From Eukaryota sp. GEM-RC1 (Eukaryota), in NCBI GenBank assembly GCA_040285855.1, contig JAUFOQ010000016.1, positions 2,480,001 to 2,544,000 of the forward strand: DNA of 64,000 nt. Reading direction: 5' to 3'. Positions 1-9,977 of the stretch are shown one piece after another. Every line of letters begins with the position of its first letter. Position 1 is the stretch's first letter. The position numbers were made by a program, and so were the translations under genes. The notes beneath the pieces are model-generated. The model was given only the letters and a program-made list of their open reading frames with translations, did not search any database and was not told the origin of the DNA.

Positions 1-2630
1 CGATCTACCAGACAAACAGAGTCCAATGTTTAAGCAATGTACCAAGCTTAACAAATCTCTTTTCTTTTTAGAAGGTGTGTTATCTGCTGTAACTAGTGGT
101 AAGCCACACGTTCCTTATAGAAACTGTTTGTTAACTTCAGTTCTTCGATTTAACATGTCTTATTCCCCTAAATTAATCATGATTGCTTGTCTTTCTCTTG
201 ATCCTGACGATGCATCTGAATCTCTTGCTACGTGTTTGTTTTTCCGTAGAATAGGGGTCTTCAAGAGGCTTGGTCAACAAGAAGCTAAGATGAAGAAGGA
301 AAAGCTTTTGAATGATAGTCCCTTTGTAACTCCCAGTGGCTCCCTCTCTCCTCCCATGGCTGAACATCACGTGGAGGTACTTGAACAATCTGAAGAGAAA
401 GAGGATTCTGAGAAGTCTGAAGAAGATGAAGTTGTTATTGATAAATCTCTTTCTTCTGAAATCAAAATGGACTTGACTTCCACTAGTGATTCAACTAGTG
501 AAGAATCTGTAGTGGAATCGGATATTAACACTGATATTGTTATTGAAACTGTTATAGCTTCTCCTGTTGAAGTCACTAACCAATCATCTGACTCTGATCA
601 ACTTGTTCATGATGTGATGTCCTATTCAAAGGTTGATAGTACAGAAATGAAAGATGTAGTGTTAGAGTTTAAAGAAGATCCTGAACCTAGATCACCATGT
701 AGTACTAAAGTAAAGAACAACTGGAATTTGATTGGAATCAAAAGTAATATTATTATTGGTTTATTTTGCTTCATTCTTGGATGTTTAGCTTTTCTGCTAT
801 TCCTTTTCTTACGGTCATCAACTCCTCCCACTTTCATTGTATCAGGTATAGTTACTAGCGATTCAGTTCCTCTTTCAGGTGTTATTGTTTTTGGTGAAGG
901 TATTAATGGTGTTTACAGTGATGATGATGGATTATTTCTGTTTGAATTGGAAAATGGAGAATATGAGTTCAACTTCCAATTATGTGGCTATGATCCAAAG
1001 TCAATCAGTGTGACAGTGTCTGATAGTGATAAGTTTGTTGAGGTTTCCCTGGTTCTTACGGTGTTTACACTGGAACTAAATGTCTATGACGATATCACTT
1101 CCGATGCAGTTCCCAATCCTAGTGTTAAACTCATCAATCAAAATTTGATTGTTAATGGAAATGAGGAAGGTGGGATTCTCTTACTTGATTTAATTCCTGG
1201 TGACTATGACCTAACTGTGATGCATTCTGATTACTATCATCGAAATCTATCAGTTGAAATCTCGCATGATGTGGTAAAATTGATTGCTGTTACACGTCAT
1301 GGATTTACCGTTACTGACAATACTATATCTGGTTACGATGCTTCATTTGGTCCAAACGTCACCATTCCTCCCAGTATTAATGGTGTCGTGATCACTAGAA
1401 TTGGTAATTCTGCATTTGCATCCAAGGGACTAGTTGAAGTTGTAATTTCTGATAATGTTAATACTATTAGTATCACTGCTTTTCAAAATAATAATATTGA
1501 AAGTCTAATTATTGGCCAGTCTGTAACAGATATTGGTTTTTCAGCGTTTAAATCTAACTCTCTTTCTAATCTTGTCATTCCAAACAGTGTCAGTTGGATT
1601 AATGCATTTGCGTTTCAGGACAATCAATTAGTTAACGTCGAATTTGGTAATTCTGTAGACCAAATTTTACGTGGTGCGTTTGAAGGCAACCTGCTAACTT
1701 CCATAGTGTTTCCGGATTCTCTTGTTAGAATCCGTATGGAATCATTTCAAAATAACAAGTTAGTAAATGTTACCTTTGGGGCTGGGTTATTACTTATTGA
1801 TGACAGTGCTTTTTACATCAATGAACTTGTTGAAGTCGTAATTCCTGATAATGTTACCGCAATTGGTGGATATGCTTTTAGACATAATAATATAGAAACT
1901 GTAATTATTGGTCGATCTGTAACAACTATTGGTAATTATGCTTTTCATGATAATAATTTAGAAACTCTAATTATTGGTCAATCTGTAACAACTATTGGTA
2001 ATTCAGCATTTGCATCAATGTTTCTTTCTTCTCTTGTTATTCCAAACAGTGTCATTACTATCGGTGATAGTGCTTTTCAGAAAAATCAATTAGTCAGTCT
2101 TGAATTGGGCAATTCTGTTGTTCTAATTGACGGTAATGCGTTTGAAGGCAATTCTTTAACTTCTATTGTTATTCCGGATTCCGTAACATCGATTGAAAAC
2201 AGAGCATTCAGCAATAATAACATTGCAAATCTTACTCTTGGAACTGGATTAATATCTATTGGTGCCAGTGCCTTTCACAGCAATGATCTTGTTGACGTCA
2301 TTTTCCCCTCTAATTTAACTAGTATCGGAGCATCATCATTTCGATCTAATCAATTGGTTACTGTAACTTTCACTCAAGGTCTTGGAAGTAATAGGAGGTC
2401 GAGCTTTTCAAGACAATATTATTGAATCTCTAGAGTTTCCTCCCAGCTTGAAATCAATCATGTTTGCCGCTTGTCATCAAAATCCTTTGTTGAGAATTGA
2501 AATTGGTTCTGGAGTAGATATGGCTGCAGATGCCATTCCTGGTAATTTTGCTTCATTTTATGAACAACACGGAGGTGGTGTATATTCAAGAGCTTCCACT
2601 GGGGATCCTTGGGTTTACGGTAACCCGTAG
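1..2630 (+). CDS. Kinesin-TM-BspA LRR fusion protein, copy 1 (5'-partial; one +1 frameshift near 2382)
   Basis: One continuous ORF (26-2425) runs from the C-terminal kinesin motor motifs (NKSLFFLEGV, HVPYRN..LTSVLR, MIACLS, ESLATC.F) through an acidic/Ser linker, a TM helix (IIIGLFCFILGCLAFLLFLFL) and two beta-sandwich repeats (VSG.V.SDSVPLSGV.V...Y.DDDG.F) into 22-aa TpLRR/BspA repeats (IG..AF..N.L..V.IP.SV). The last repeats and C-cap are in ORF 2382-2630; 17 repeats counted in total. Confidence 0.85.
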
Positions 2631-3113
2631 TATTATTGTGTTTCTTGTAATATATCTCCTTATTTACATCTATTAATTTATTAATTCATGTAGCCAAATC
2701 TGAAAAGAAAAGGCTAGATACATGTAATTATACTAAAATTTAGACGAAAGTTACTAGTAAGTCTAATTTGTTTTCATCCTTGCAGGGCTCCTCATAAATG
2801 CTCTAATTAACCTATTACTAGGACACATTGTTCTAATAGTTTTTTGCTAATGTCGGTACCAGACTACTACAAGCAGTGTAGAATTAAATTTTCTCTCTTC
2901 TTTCTGTTGCTAAAATGAGTAACGAATTCTAACACGTTCTTAACCTCCTCAACTTTTCGAGACCAAAGTCAGAGCTGTTGCTCCATTACTTTCAGCCTTA
3001 GAGCCTTCAACGAATGGGAAGGCGGTTTTCTCGAATGAGGGGTCATCAGAAGAAGCTGAGCCGGTAGACGTTTCAGATGAAGATGAGTATGGGGTTGATT
3101 TAGGGCTATAAAG

Positions 3114-3811
3114 CATACCTGGAAAATACACCGGTTGAACAAAATACAAAAATACAAAAATACAGATACAGATAAAAATACAAAAATACAAAAGTAATGA
3201 CAGCGAGCTGCATTTTTGAACACTCCAGTCGTGCCAACTCTCTGGTATTCTTCCAACCTTTACATTGTAAAAGATGACTCGACCATCTGGACGAATTGCT
3301 CTTTGGAAAATGCTACCACATTCCCCGCACCAAATGTCCATGTTGATCGATGAAGTTTTATTACTTACACGACACATTTGCTACATTGGGTTTGACGAAT
3401 TGACAGAATTGATGCTAAAGTACTCGGGGTAAGAAAGGTCTGGTGAAGTCTCAAAGACGACAAAAGGACAAGTTGTCATGAGATAGAAGTGGAACAAAAT
3501 GACACACAATACCACACGCATTGTTTCATAGAATGTGACAACACTACATAGATATAGTTTATCAATGTATAGTTCAATCTATCTTGGTTAGTATCAAGTT
3601 TTTATTGACTTCATTAAATCCCATCAAGAAAAATTATATATAAAAGAACTATAAGTACATAAAAAAAAGGTATTTTTACAGGTGAGTAGTGAGAAAAAAT
3701 AAACGTAAAAAAAATACAGTATTTTAATACACAAAAAGAAAAAATACAAATACACAAATACACGAAATACAAAAATACAGAAAATACAGAAAAGTGTATT
3801 TTCCAGGTATG
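3114..3811. mobile_element. Non-autonomous hAT-type DNA transposon
   Basis: Perfect 18-bp TIRs CATACCTGGAAAATACAC/GTGTATTTTCCAGGTATG; 8-bp TSD CTATAAAG (3106-3113, 3812-3819); subterminal AATAC repeats; no transposase ORF. Confidence 0.88.
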
Positions 3812-3974
3812 CTATAAAGTAATAAAGCTATAGTATAAAGTTCTCTTGTTTATTGTTGGTTGTTGACTTCAAGTTACTAGCCTTTACCTAATACAAGCCC
3901 CTCCTTTCCTAGCCCTTCCCTATTACTAGCCACGAAGAGATAGTCTGGTAAGGTTTTTTTTGGGTCTAGTATTA

Positions 3975-4370
3975 GGAAAATTATGCTCTTGAAGTGGCTG
4001 AAAAAGGAAAATATACCAAGTACAGTCACTTAATTTACCAATTGAATGTTGACAGGTACAATTCTTTTGTGTTTCAACCTTTTGCGAAGTCGATATATGG
4101 TAAAATTGGACCAGCTGCACAAGGTTTTTTTACTTCATTTGGTAAATTGTGTTCTGAGTATGGTAAATTTTTCAATGAAAATTTTTGGTTGAGTAGGTTA
4201 ACGTTTGCGTTGTTTCGTTCAATGCACAGATATTTTCATTCAATTTTAGGTGAGTTGTTCGGTGATGGACATAAGGATCATAGTTTAGATACTTTAGTTA
4301 GTGTCTGTTAGTTATTTACTTCTGCAAATGCATTTATTTGACTGATTGATCATAAACCCCGTTTTTTAAT
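3975..4370 (+). mobile_element. 3' fragment of CRE-like (RLE) non-LTR retrotransposon
   Basis: AEKGKYTKY...FVFQPFAKSIYGKIG...FWLSRLTFALF matches the restriction-like endonuclease C-terminus seen in the other copies. The 3' part recurs inverted at about 29325-29500. Confidence 0.7.
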
Positions 4371-4689
4371 TAGAGTAAATATAGTTTCTATTTATCTATA
4401 TTTATATTTATTTTTGACGCAGTCTCACGATCATGCAAATAAAACAAAATAAAACAAAATATAAATATAATGTTAGAGAGAAAACTTCATTGATGTACAC
4501 AGTACACGAGTTAGTTTAGTGCTCAAGGTTGTTGATTGACTTGAAACATGAAGTGCGAAATACTCATGAATCTTTTTGTTGAAAATGATTCGTTCACCCC
4601 CTTTCACTGTCTCCTCCGTGATGTCTAACTGTGGTGATCTGTTGGTCTTGTCTTCATCCACACATCCTCCCCTCTAAACGTGCCCATGT

Positions 4690-4975
4690 ACAGCAGACCT
4701 TGTTGAATCTTATCCATCTCCACTTGCTCCTATATTTAGTAAGTTGGGTCTTGATTTAATTAATAATTCTCGTCGAGGTGACTTACATGGTCCTTTTGTT
4801 GATTCTAGTCAAATTATTTTTGATGCTACAACAGTAGATCCATGTGCTCAAACTTATGTTGATGGCTTAAATTCAAAAGGTTTTAATCACCTAGAAACAG
4901 CTGAAAAACGTAAAATTGATGTGTATCCCGAAGATGTTGCTAAACTCAATCAAAATTTATATTCAAAATTTATAT
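4690..4975 (+). mobile_element. CRE-like non-LTR fragment (RLE core)
   Basis: RRGDLHGPF...IFDATTVDPC...AEKRKIDVY corresponds to the R-x-D, D-x-T and AExxK motifs of the RLE domain. Confidence 0.7.
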
Positions 4976-5061
4976 TGAAAATTTATATATGTACCACTTA
5001 CTATATTTATGAATTATTTAGTCTAAATGTAATAGACAATAACAGTACAGTGTACATACAT

Positions 5062-5290
5062 CTAATAATCAATATCCTCAAAGTCCAGATTGCCTAACTG
5101 GAAATTCTTATCCTCATAATGTCTGCCAAGCGATAATAAAGCGCTAAATACAGAAGTGACCATACCTTTAAAGATAGCAAACACGATTCGGTTTTTCCAA
5201 AATCGAAGATCAAAAGTCCTAGATGTTTTTTCTTTTACAATCTTCACAAAGATTTCAAGTAATGATGATGCAGATTCACCTAAAGAACCA
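5062..5290 (-). mobile_element. CRE-like non-LTR 3' fragment
   Basis: GSLGESASSLL...FDLRFWKNRIVFAIFK is homologous to the C-termini of the other fragments. Confidence 0.65.
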
Positions 5291-5298
5291 TTTACTAT

Positions 5299-6055
5299 GA
5301 GGCAACCTAAATATACAACTAAATATACAAAATGAATAAATATACAAAAGACAAACACAACAATTTTTGTCGTGCGACAAAAATATATCATGAGGTCATA
5401 AATCCGTGATTGCCGAAGTGCAATCACAAGTGGTTGACAACACTTTCCCACAGCAAAATGTCAAGTAGAATCTCATCTCCGAATGAAGTTGGTGTGTGGA
5501 ACATCCAAAACAACAGGTGCAAAGAAAAGTTGTCAGTGATGTATCCCCAAAGAGCAAATCACATGGTGACGTGGAGGAAGTGTTCCTCTTAAACAACTTT
5601 TGGGCTTTGAGATTCCACAAGCTTGATATCCGAAAGCATGTGTTTTCGTTTTCAGGTGAACGATGTGCGTGTTATGGTTACATAGAATGACAGAGAAGAT
5701 GTTTATTTGAACTGGAAGAAGACAAGTGACATAAAACTCTAGCTATACCTTAGTCTTCTGTTCTTGCAACTTGTCTAGCAGGTTCAGGGACATCATTTCT
5801 TTGAGGGCAAGTTCGTCTATTGTGTCCTGTTGCCTCACAAAGTCCGCAGCTCGTCTTTAATATCAAACACAAACAAGATAGGAACAGTTGCTAAGGGGGA
5901 ACAGACATAAGAAAGACAATTATAGAAGAAGCAGATTAAAGAACAGGAGGAGGAAGGAAACTCCAAACGTCATCAAAAATTGTCGTGTTTGTCTTTTGTG
6001 CATTTAGTCAGTTTTGTGAATTTATGTATATTTAGTTGTATATTTAGGTTGCCTC
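5299..6055. mobile_element. Mutator-like (MULE) deletion derivative
   Basis: Long imperfect TIRs starting GAGGCAACCTAAATATACAACTAAATATACA; 8-bp TSD TTTACTAT (5291-5298, 6056-6063). The minus strand near 5790-5850 encodes CGLCEATGHNRRTCP, the C-terminal CxxCxxxGHNxRTC knuckle of MuDR-type transposases. Confidence 0.78.
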
Positions 6056-6063
6056 TTTACTAT

Positions 6064-6205
6064 TTCTATTTTTGGTAGTATTGGTGAAATGGCTTCTAAG
6101 TTTTTAAGTGATTTTGGATCTACTTAGTATGTGTAAGTCTCAGAATAAGAGATTCAACTTATTAATTTGGCATAACAGTTTGATTTTTTCATTGTTCGTT
6201 GCCTA
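6064..6205 (+). mobile_element. CRE-like non-LTR 3' fragment (degenerate)
   Basis: SIFGSIGEMASKFLSDFG...RFNLLIWHNSLIFSL, homologous to the other RLE C-termini. Confidence 0.55.
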
Positions 6206-6209
6206 TGTT

Positions 6210-6340
6210 TTTTAAATCAATTTTCACAAAGTTGTATAAAAACTGTGGTGCTGTTGACCAGGAATTATCGGTGTCTACTATAGTGTTTCATAGCTTTTAT
6301 TATGATATGTATTTTTGTACCCTCCATCAATAAACTGTTT
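6210..6340. repeat. Dispersed ~130-bp repeat, second copy at about 36493-36620
   Basis: Near-identical sequence TTTTTAAATCAATTTTCACAAAGTTGTATAAAAACTGTGG...GTACCCTCCATCAAT at both loci. Confidence 0.8.
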
Positions 6341-6434
6341 TTTTTGTTCAGTCTACTAAAAAAGTTTAGTTAAAAAATAAAAAATTAAAATAACTGAAAA
6401 AAAAATCCTAAGGTTTGTGCAAAAATATCTAAAA

Positions 6435-8080
6435 CTAGTCTTGCTTCTCAATATCTGCAGCCTGTTGCACTCCAGAAACACCTTCAATTCTATTCTTGTC
6501 AACGGGATACATAAATCTTTGAGCCATCAGTATAACGAATACAACATCATCTCTAAAGGCAGCTATACGGTACAGAACAGGTGTTTTAATGATAAAAACA
6601 CCAAAGTCGTCAATAATCGTAGAGAAAAACTTATAAGAAAGCGTCTTATAATTAATTGCAGCAACACTTTTAAGTTTGTAATTAATATAAACTTGAGGAA
6701 TCATGGCGGCAAAAGAAAAACTCCAACAAATATTGACTAACGAAGTGATCAACCAAGAATAGAGACTCTTATAAGAATGGTAAAAGAAAGCATAAATAGA
6801 GTACCCAAGACAGACAGGCATTAACACGTATAAAACACCTCTCATAGCGATTGAATCATATTTGCTAGTTTCCTTTTCGAGAGAAGACTTGCCTTTTGGG
6901 GTTAAGAATGGAATTCGAACTCCCTTGACTGTAATAAAAGTAAATGAAAAACATTTAAACACTTTCCACCACTCTAATCCAACTCCCAAAACAGACGTAA
7001 TCAACACCACTGCTGACGTTTCATTATCAATCAAATATAAAGTGATAACTGTCTGCATGACTGTGTTAAACAAAACAGATCGAACAGAAAGTCCCTTGAA
7101 GTCACGTTTTCCTTTCCAAAAATGCAATTCACTCTTCATGGCCAACATCTCCGTAATCATGTGACCGACTGATACGATTACAGTAGAGATCATCAGCCAA
7201 GGAGCAGTGTTTAACAACATCCTCTTAACTTCTGACAGCATATCGCCTGTATCACCCATGAGTTCACCAAGGCCCATTTGTTGTTGCATAGAGATTTGTT
7301 GCTCCACTCCAGTATAGATACCAACTTTCCATAGAGCAATGTCAGTCATCACTAATCTAGTCTCAATCAAATTTGATTGGTTCAGATTGATTGCAGGATC
7401 AGCAAACTCTGGAAGAACCCAAAAATCATGAAAGAAAACAAAAGGGAAATAGTGAGATCCGGTAGGACTAAGTTTGAGCTTCCCTTGATAAGCCGGTGGT
7501 ACAGAGGTCTTCTTGTAGAACTTGCCATCAGGAACTATACCAAAAACAACTTCTCGGAGAACGTGAGGTGATTTCTGTTTAGAGATCACTGTCACGTTAT
7601 CTGATTGACCACTGCCAAAAAGATGCGCTCTTCTTGAGTGTAAAGAGGAAGGTCCTTAGTGAATTGGCCAAGGGTATGGAAGTACTTTGGTTTGGAAGAT
7701 GAAGTGTCGGAGAGAATTAAGTGAGCATAGAGAGTGGCGTTCTTGGTGATGACTTGTTCAGGAAGGGAGTAGCTAATTGACTCATTAATGGTGGTTAGGG
7801 GATTGGTGAGAGTGAAAGAGTCAGACTCGTAGACTAGTTGAGCCTTTTGTCTGTCAAATTTAGGACTGGAACTTAAAGAAGCATATAGAGAAAGGGATAA
7901 ATTGGACCCGATGGGATAAGCTGGTGCAATATATGGGACACCTGAGTCATACGGAGTGTGAGACCCAACAGGAATAAACATTTTAAAGATGGAAAAAAGA
8001 AATACAGCGAGAATGATGTACTTCTTGTTAAACTTAAAAGGAGGTGGTGGCGGCTGTTGAGGTTGTTCTTGGACTGTCAT
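6435..8080 (-). CDS. CLPTM1: CLPTM1 family membrane protein (one -1 frameshift near 7620)
   Basis: Motifs YFPFVFFHDFW, EVKRMLLNTAPWL, EMLAMKSELHFWK, GLSVRSV, PQVYINYKLKSVA, YKFFSTIIDD, FRDDVVF..YPVDKNR. ORFs 7592-8080 and 6435-7595 abut. Confidence 0.92.
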
Positions 8081-8138
8081 GATTATAACACAAAAACTAG
8101 AAAAGAATTGGAGACATTTTGTTTTTCCGTTTCTTCAA

Positions 8139-8873
8139 ATGTCCAACCCCTTTGCTTCTTCCACAGCCAAGAGCTCAAACCCATTTGCAGCTGCTTCAAA
8201 TCCTTTCGCTGCAGCTACACAACAAAATCCCTTTGCTGCTGCTTCTGCTTCAGTGCAGAAACCAAAGGACGAGGAAGATGTTGTCGATGAGAACTATAAT
8301 CCCGAGGAAGAATGTCAAGCTGAATTTAAACCATTGGTTTCTCTTCCTGAAATCCAGGTGAAACCAGTGGAGGAGGAAGAGGAATCCTTATTCGAAGCCC
8401 GTTCCAAACTCTTCCGTTTCGATAACGCTTCCAACACATGGAAGGAGCGTGGTACCGGTAAGGCATATGTCCTTAAGAACCCTGAGTCTGGACTTGTTCG
8501 CTTTTTATTCAGACAAGAGCAAACACTTAAAATCAGATCTAACCACTATATCGCTCCTAGTCTTGATTTACAGCCTCATGGAAGCAGCGATCGAGCCTTC
8601 ATATGGAGAGCTCTAGATTACGCAGATGGGGAATCTTCTGCTGACACTCTAGCGATTCGTTTCCCTTCTGCTGAGGTTGCGGAATCATTTGAAGATGCTT
8701 TTATTGCAGGACAAAACACTAACTCGAAACAGGAGGCAGTCGATTTAGAAACTGAAGAAGCCGCTGAGACCTCTGAAAAGGAAGAAGAAACTGCCGAAGA
8801 AGTTAAGGAGGTGGATGTTGAAACTGAAATAGCAGCTGAAGAACTGGAGAAGCTTGAAGTTGAAGAACAATAG
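8139..8873 (+). CDS. RANBP1: Ran-binding protein 1 (RanBD) with N-terminal NPF repeats and acidic tail
   Basis: RanBD motifs EEEE.LFEARSKLFRFD, WKERGTG, RQEQTLKIRSNH, SDRAFIW.A.DYADGE, LAIRF. Likely start is the ATG at 8139 (MSNPF). Confidence 0.92.
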   Translation: MSNPFASSTAKSSNPFAAASNPFAAATQQNPFAAASASVQKPKDEEDVVDENYNPEEECQAEFKPLVSLPEIQVKPVEEEEESLFEARSKLFRFDNASNTWKERGTGKAYVLKNPESGLVRFLFRQEQTLKIRSNHYIAPSLDLQPHGSSDRAFIWRALDYADGESSADTLAIRFPSAEVAESFEDAFIAGQNTNSKQEAVDLETEEAAETSEKEEETAEEVKEVDVETEIAAEELEKLEVEEQ

Positions 8874-9199
8874 CTCCATTAACTTATATACCTAGATAAA
8901 CACCTCTTTCTTTTTGTATTTTAATTCTTTGAATGTTTCAATCTGTGAATACTCAAAACGCCGTTTAATCATTATGATACATTTGTATTCTGATTAGAGT
9001 ATTTTTGCAACATTCTGCACATTGTCTTTACTATCATTAAATCCATTCCTGTTATGGACTCCTTTTATTTCTGAGAGAAAAGAGTGTCTGTGCACTCAAA
9101 GGCAAGAACTGTCGTTTAATGATATTGCGAACTAATTTATGTTCTATTTTTATTTGGTATTCCAAATTCATAGTTCACAGATGTAGAGGTGGAGCAACC

Positions 9200-9755
9200 T
9201 TGAACCTCCCCCTCGAGTGTCTCTATACTCGAAGATATTGAACCAACAAAATTTGATAGTGAAGAATTAAATTGTCACGATCTCATCTTCCAATGTTCCA
9301 AGAGAACACATCGACACCAGAGACTAGGACTCATGCTGTTTGTTCTGAATCATTTGTTCTTACTTAAAAAGCTTTCATCACACATCTTACCAGATTTTCA
9401 GAATCACCTTCCCAACTTAATTCCTGATCTTGATGAGAATGCTGAAGCTCAACGTACATCATCTAATAATCCAGTGCTGTTTCACTCGTTTCAAGAGTCG
9501 CCACAACTCATACAATCTACAAAAGAACCGATCTAGTTGTTGAACATAGTTCCTCGAGTGTTACACAAATCAACAACAGGTGGTATTCACTTGGGGCAAA
9601 GGGAAACGTCATTGCTGCTGTAGGTTGTGCTCTACTTGTGGTTTCAGCTATTCTGCTAGTTTTTCTCTTACCTTACCTACCTCTACATCGCGGACCTTTA
9701 CTATATCAGGAATAGTCATTAGTGATTCAGTTCCTCTTTCAGGTGTTCTTGTTGT
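9200..9755 (+). pseudogene. Relic of a paralogous TM/beta-sandwich surface protein
   Basis: Frameshifted pieces NNRWYSLGAKGNVIAAVGCALLVVSAILLVFLL and TFTISGIVISDSVPLSGVLV match the juxtamembrane, TM and first ectodomain repeat of the kinesin-LRR genes. The 5' limit is approximate. Confidence 0.6.
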
Positions 9756-9977
9756 AATTTTTGAAACATTGTCCACCTACTGTTGTAAAGAAACACGTAT
9801 TACGTGTTGAATCACAAATACCAAACAAAAATTTATTCATATAAAGGACACTGAATGCAGATCAATTGCATGAAATCGGAGTTGTTTAAGAAAATGAAAT
9901 ACGACAACTCTCAAAAAATGTTATTCCACCAACATACAAACTGTCGTGCCACAATTATAACATCAGTAAACTATTGA

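Noticed and set aside
8079..8138. RANBP1 N-terminal extension from the ATG at 8079 overlapping the CLPTM1 start
   Set aside because: The extension is AT-rich spacer sequence; the ATG at 8139 is the more plausible start.
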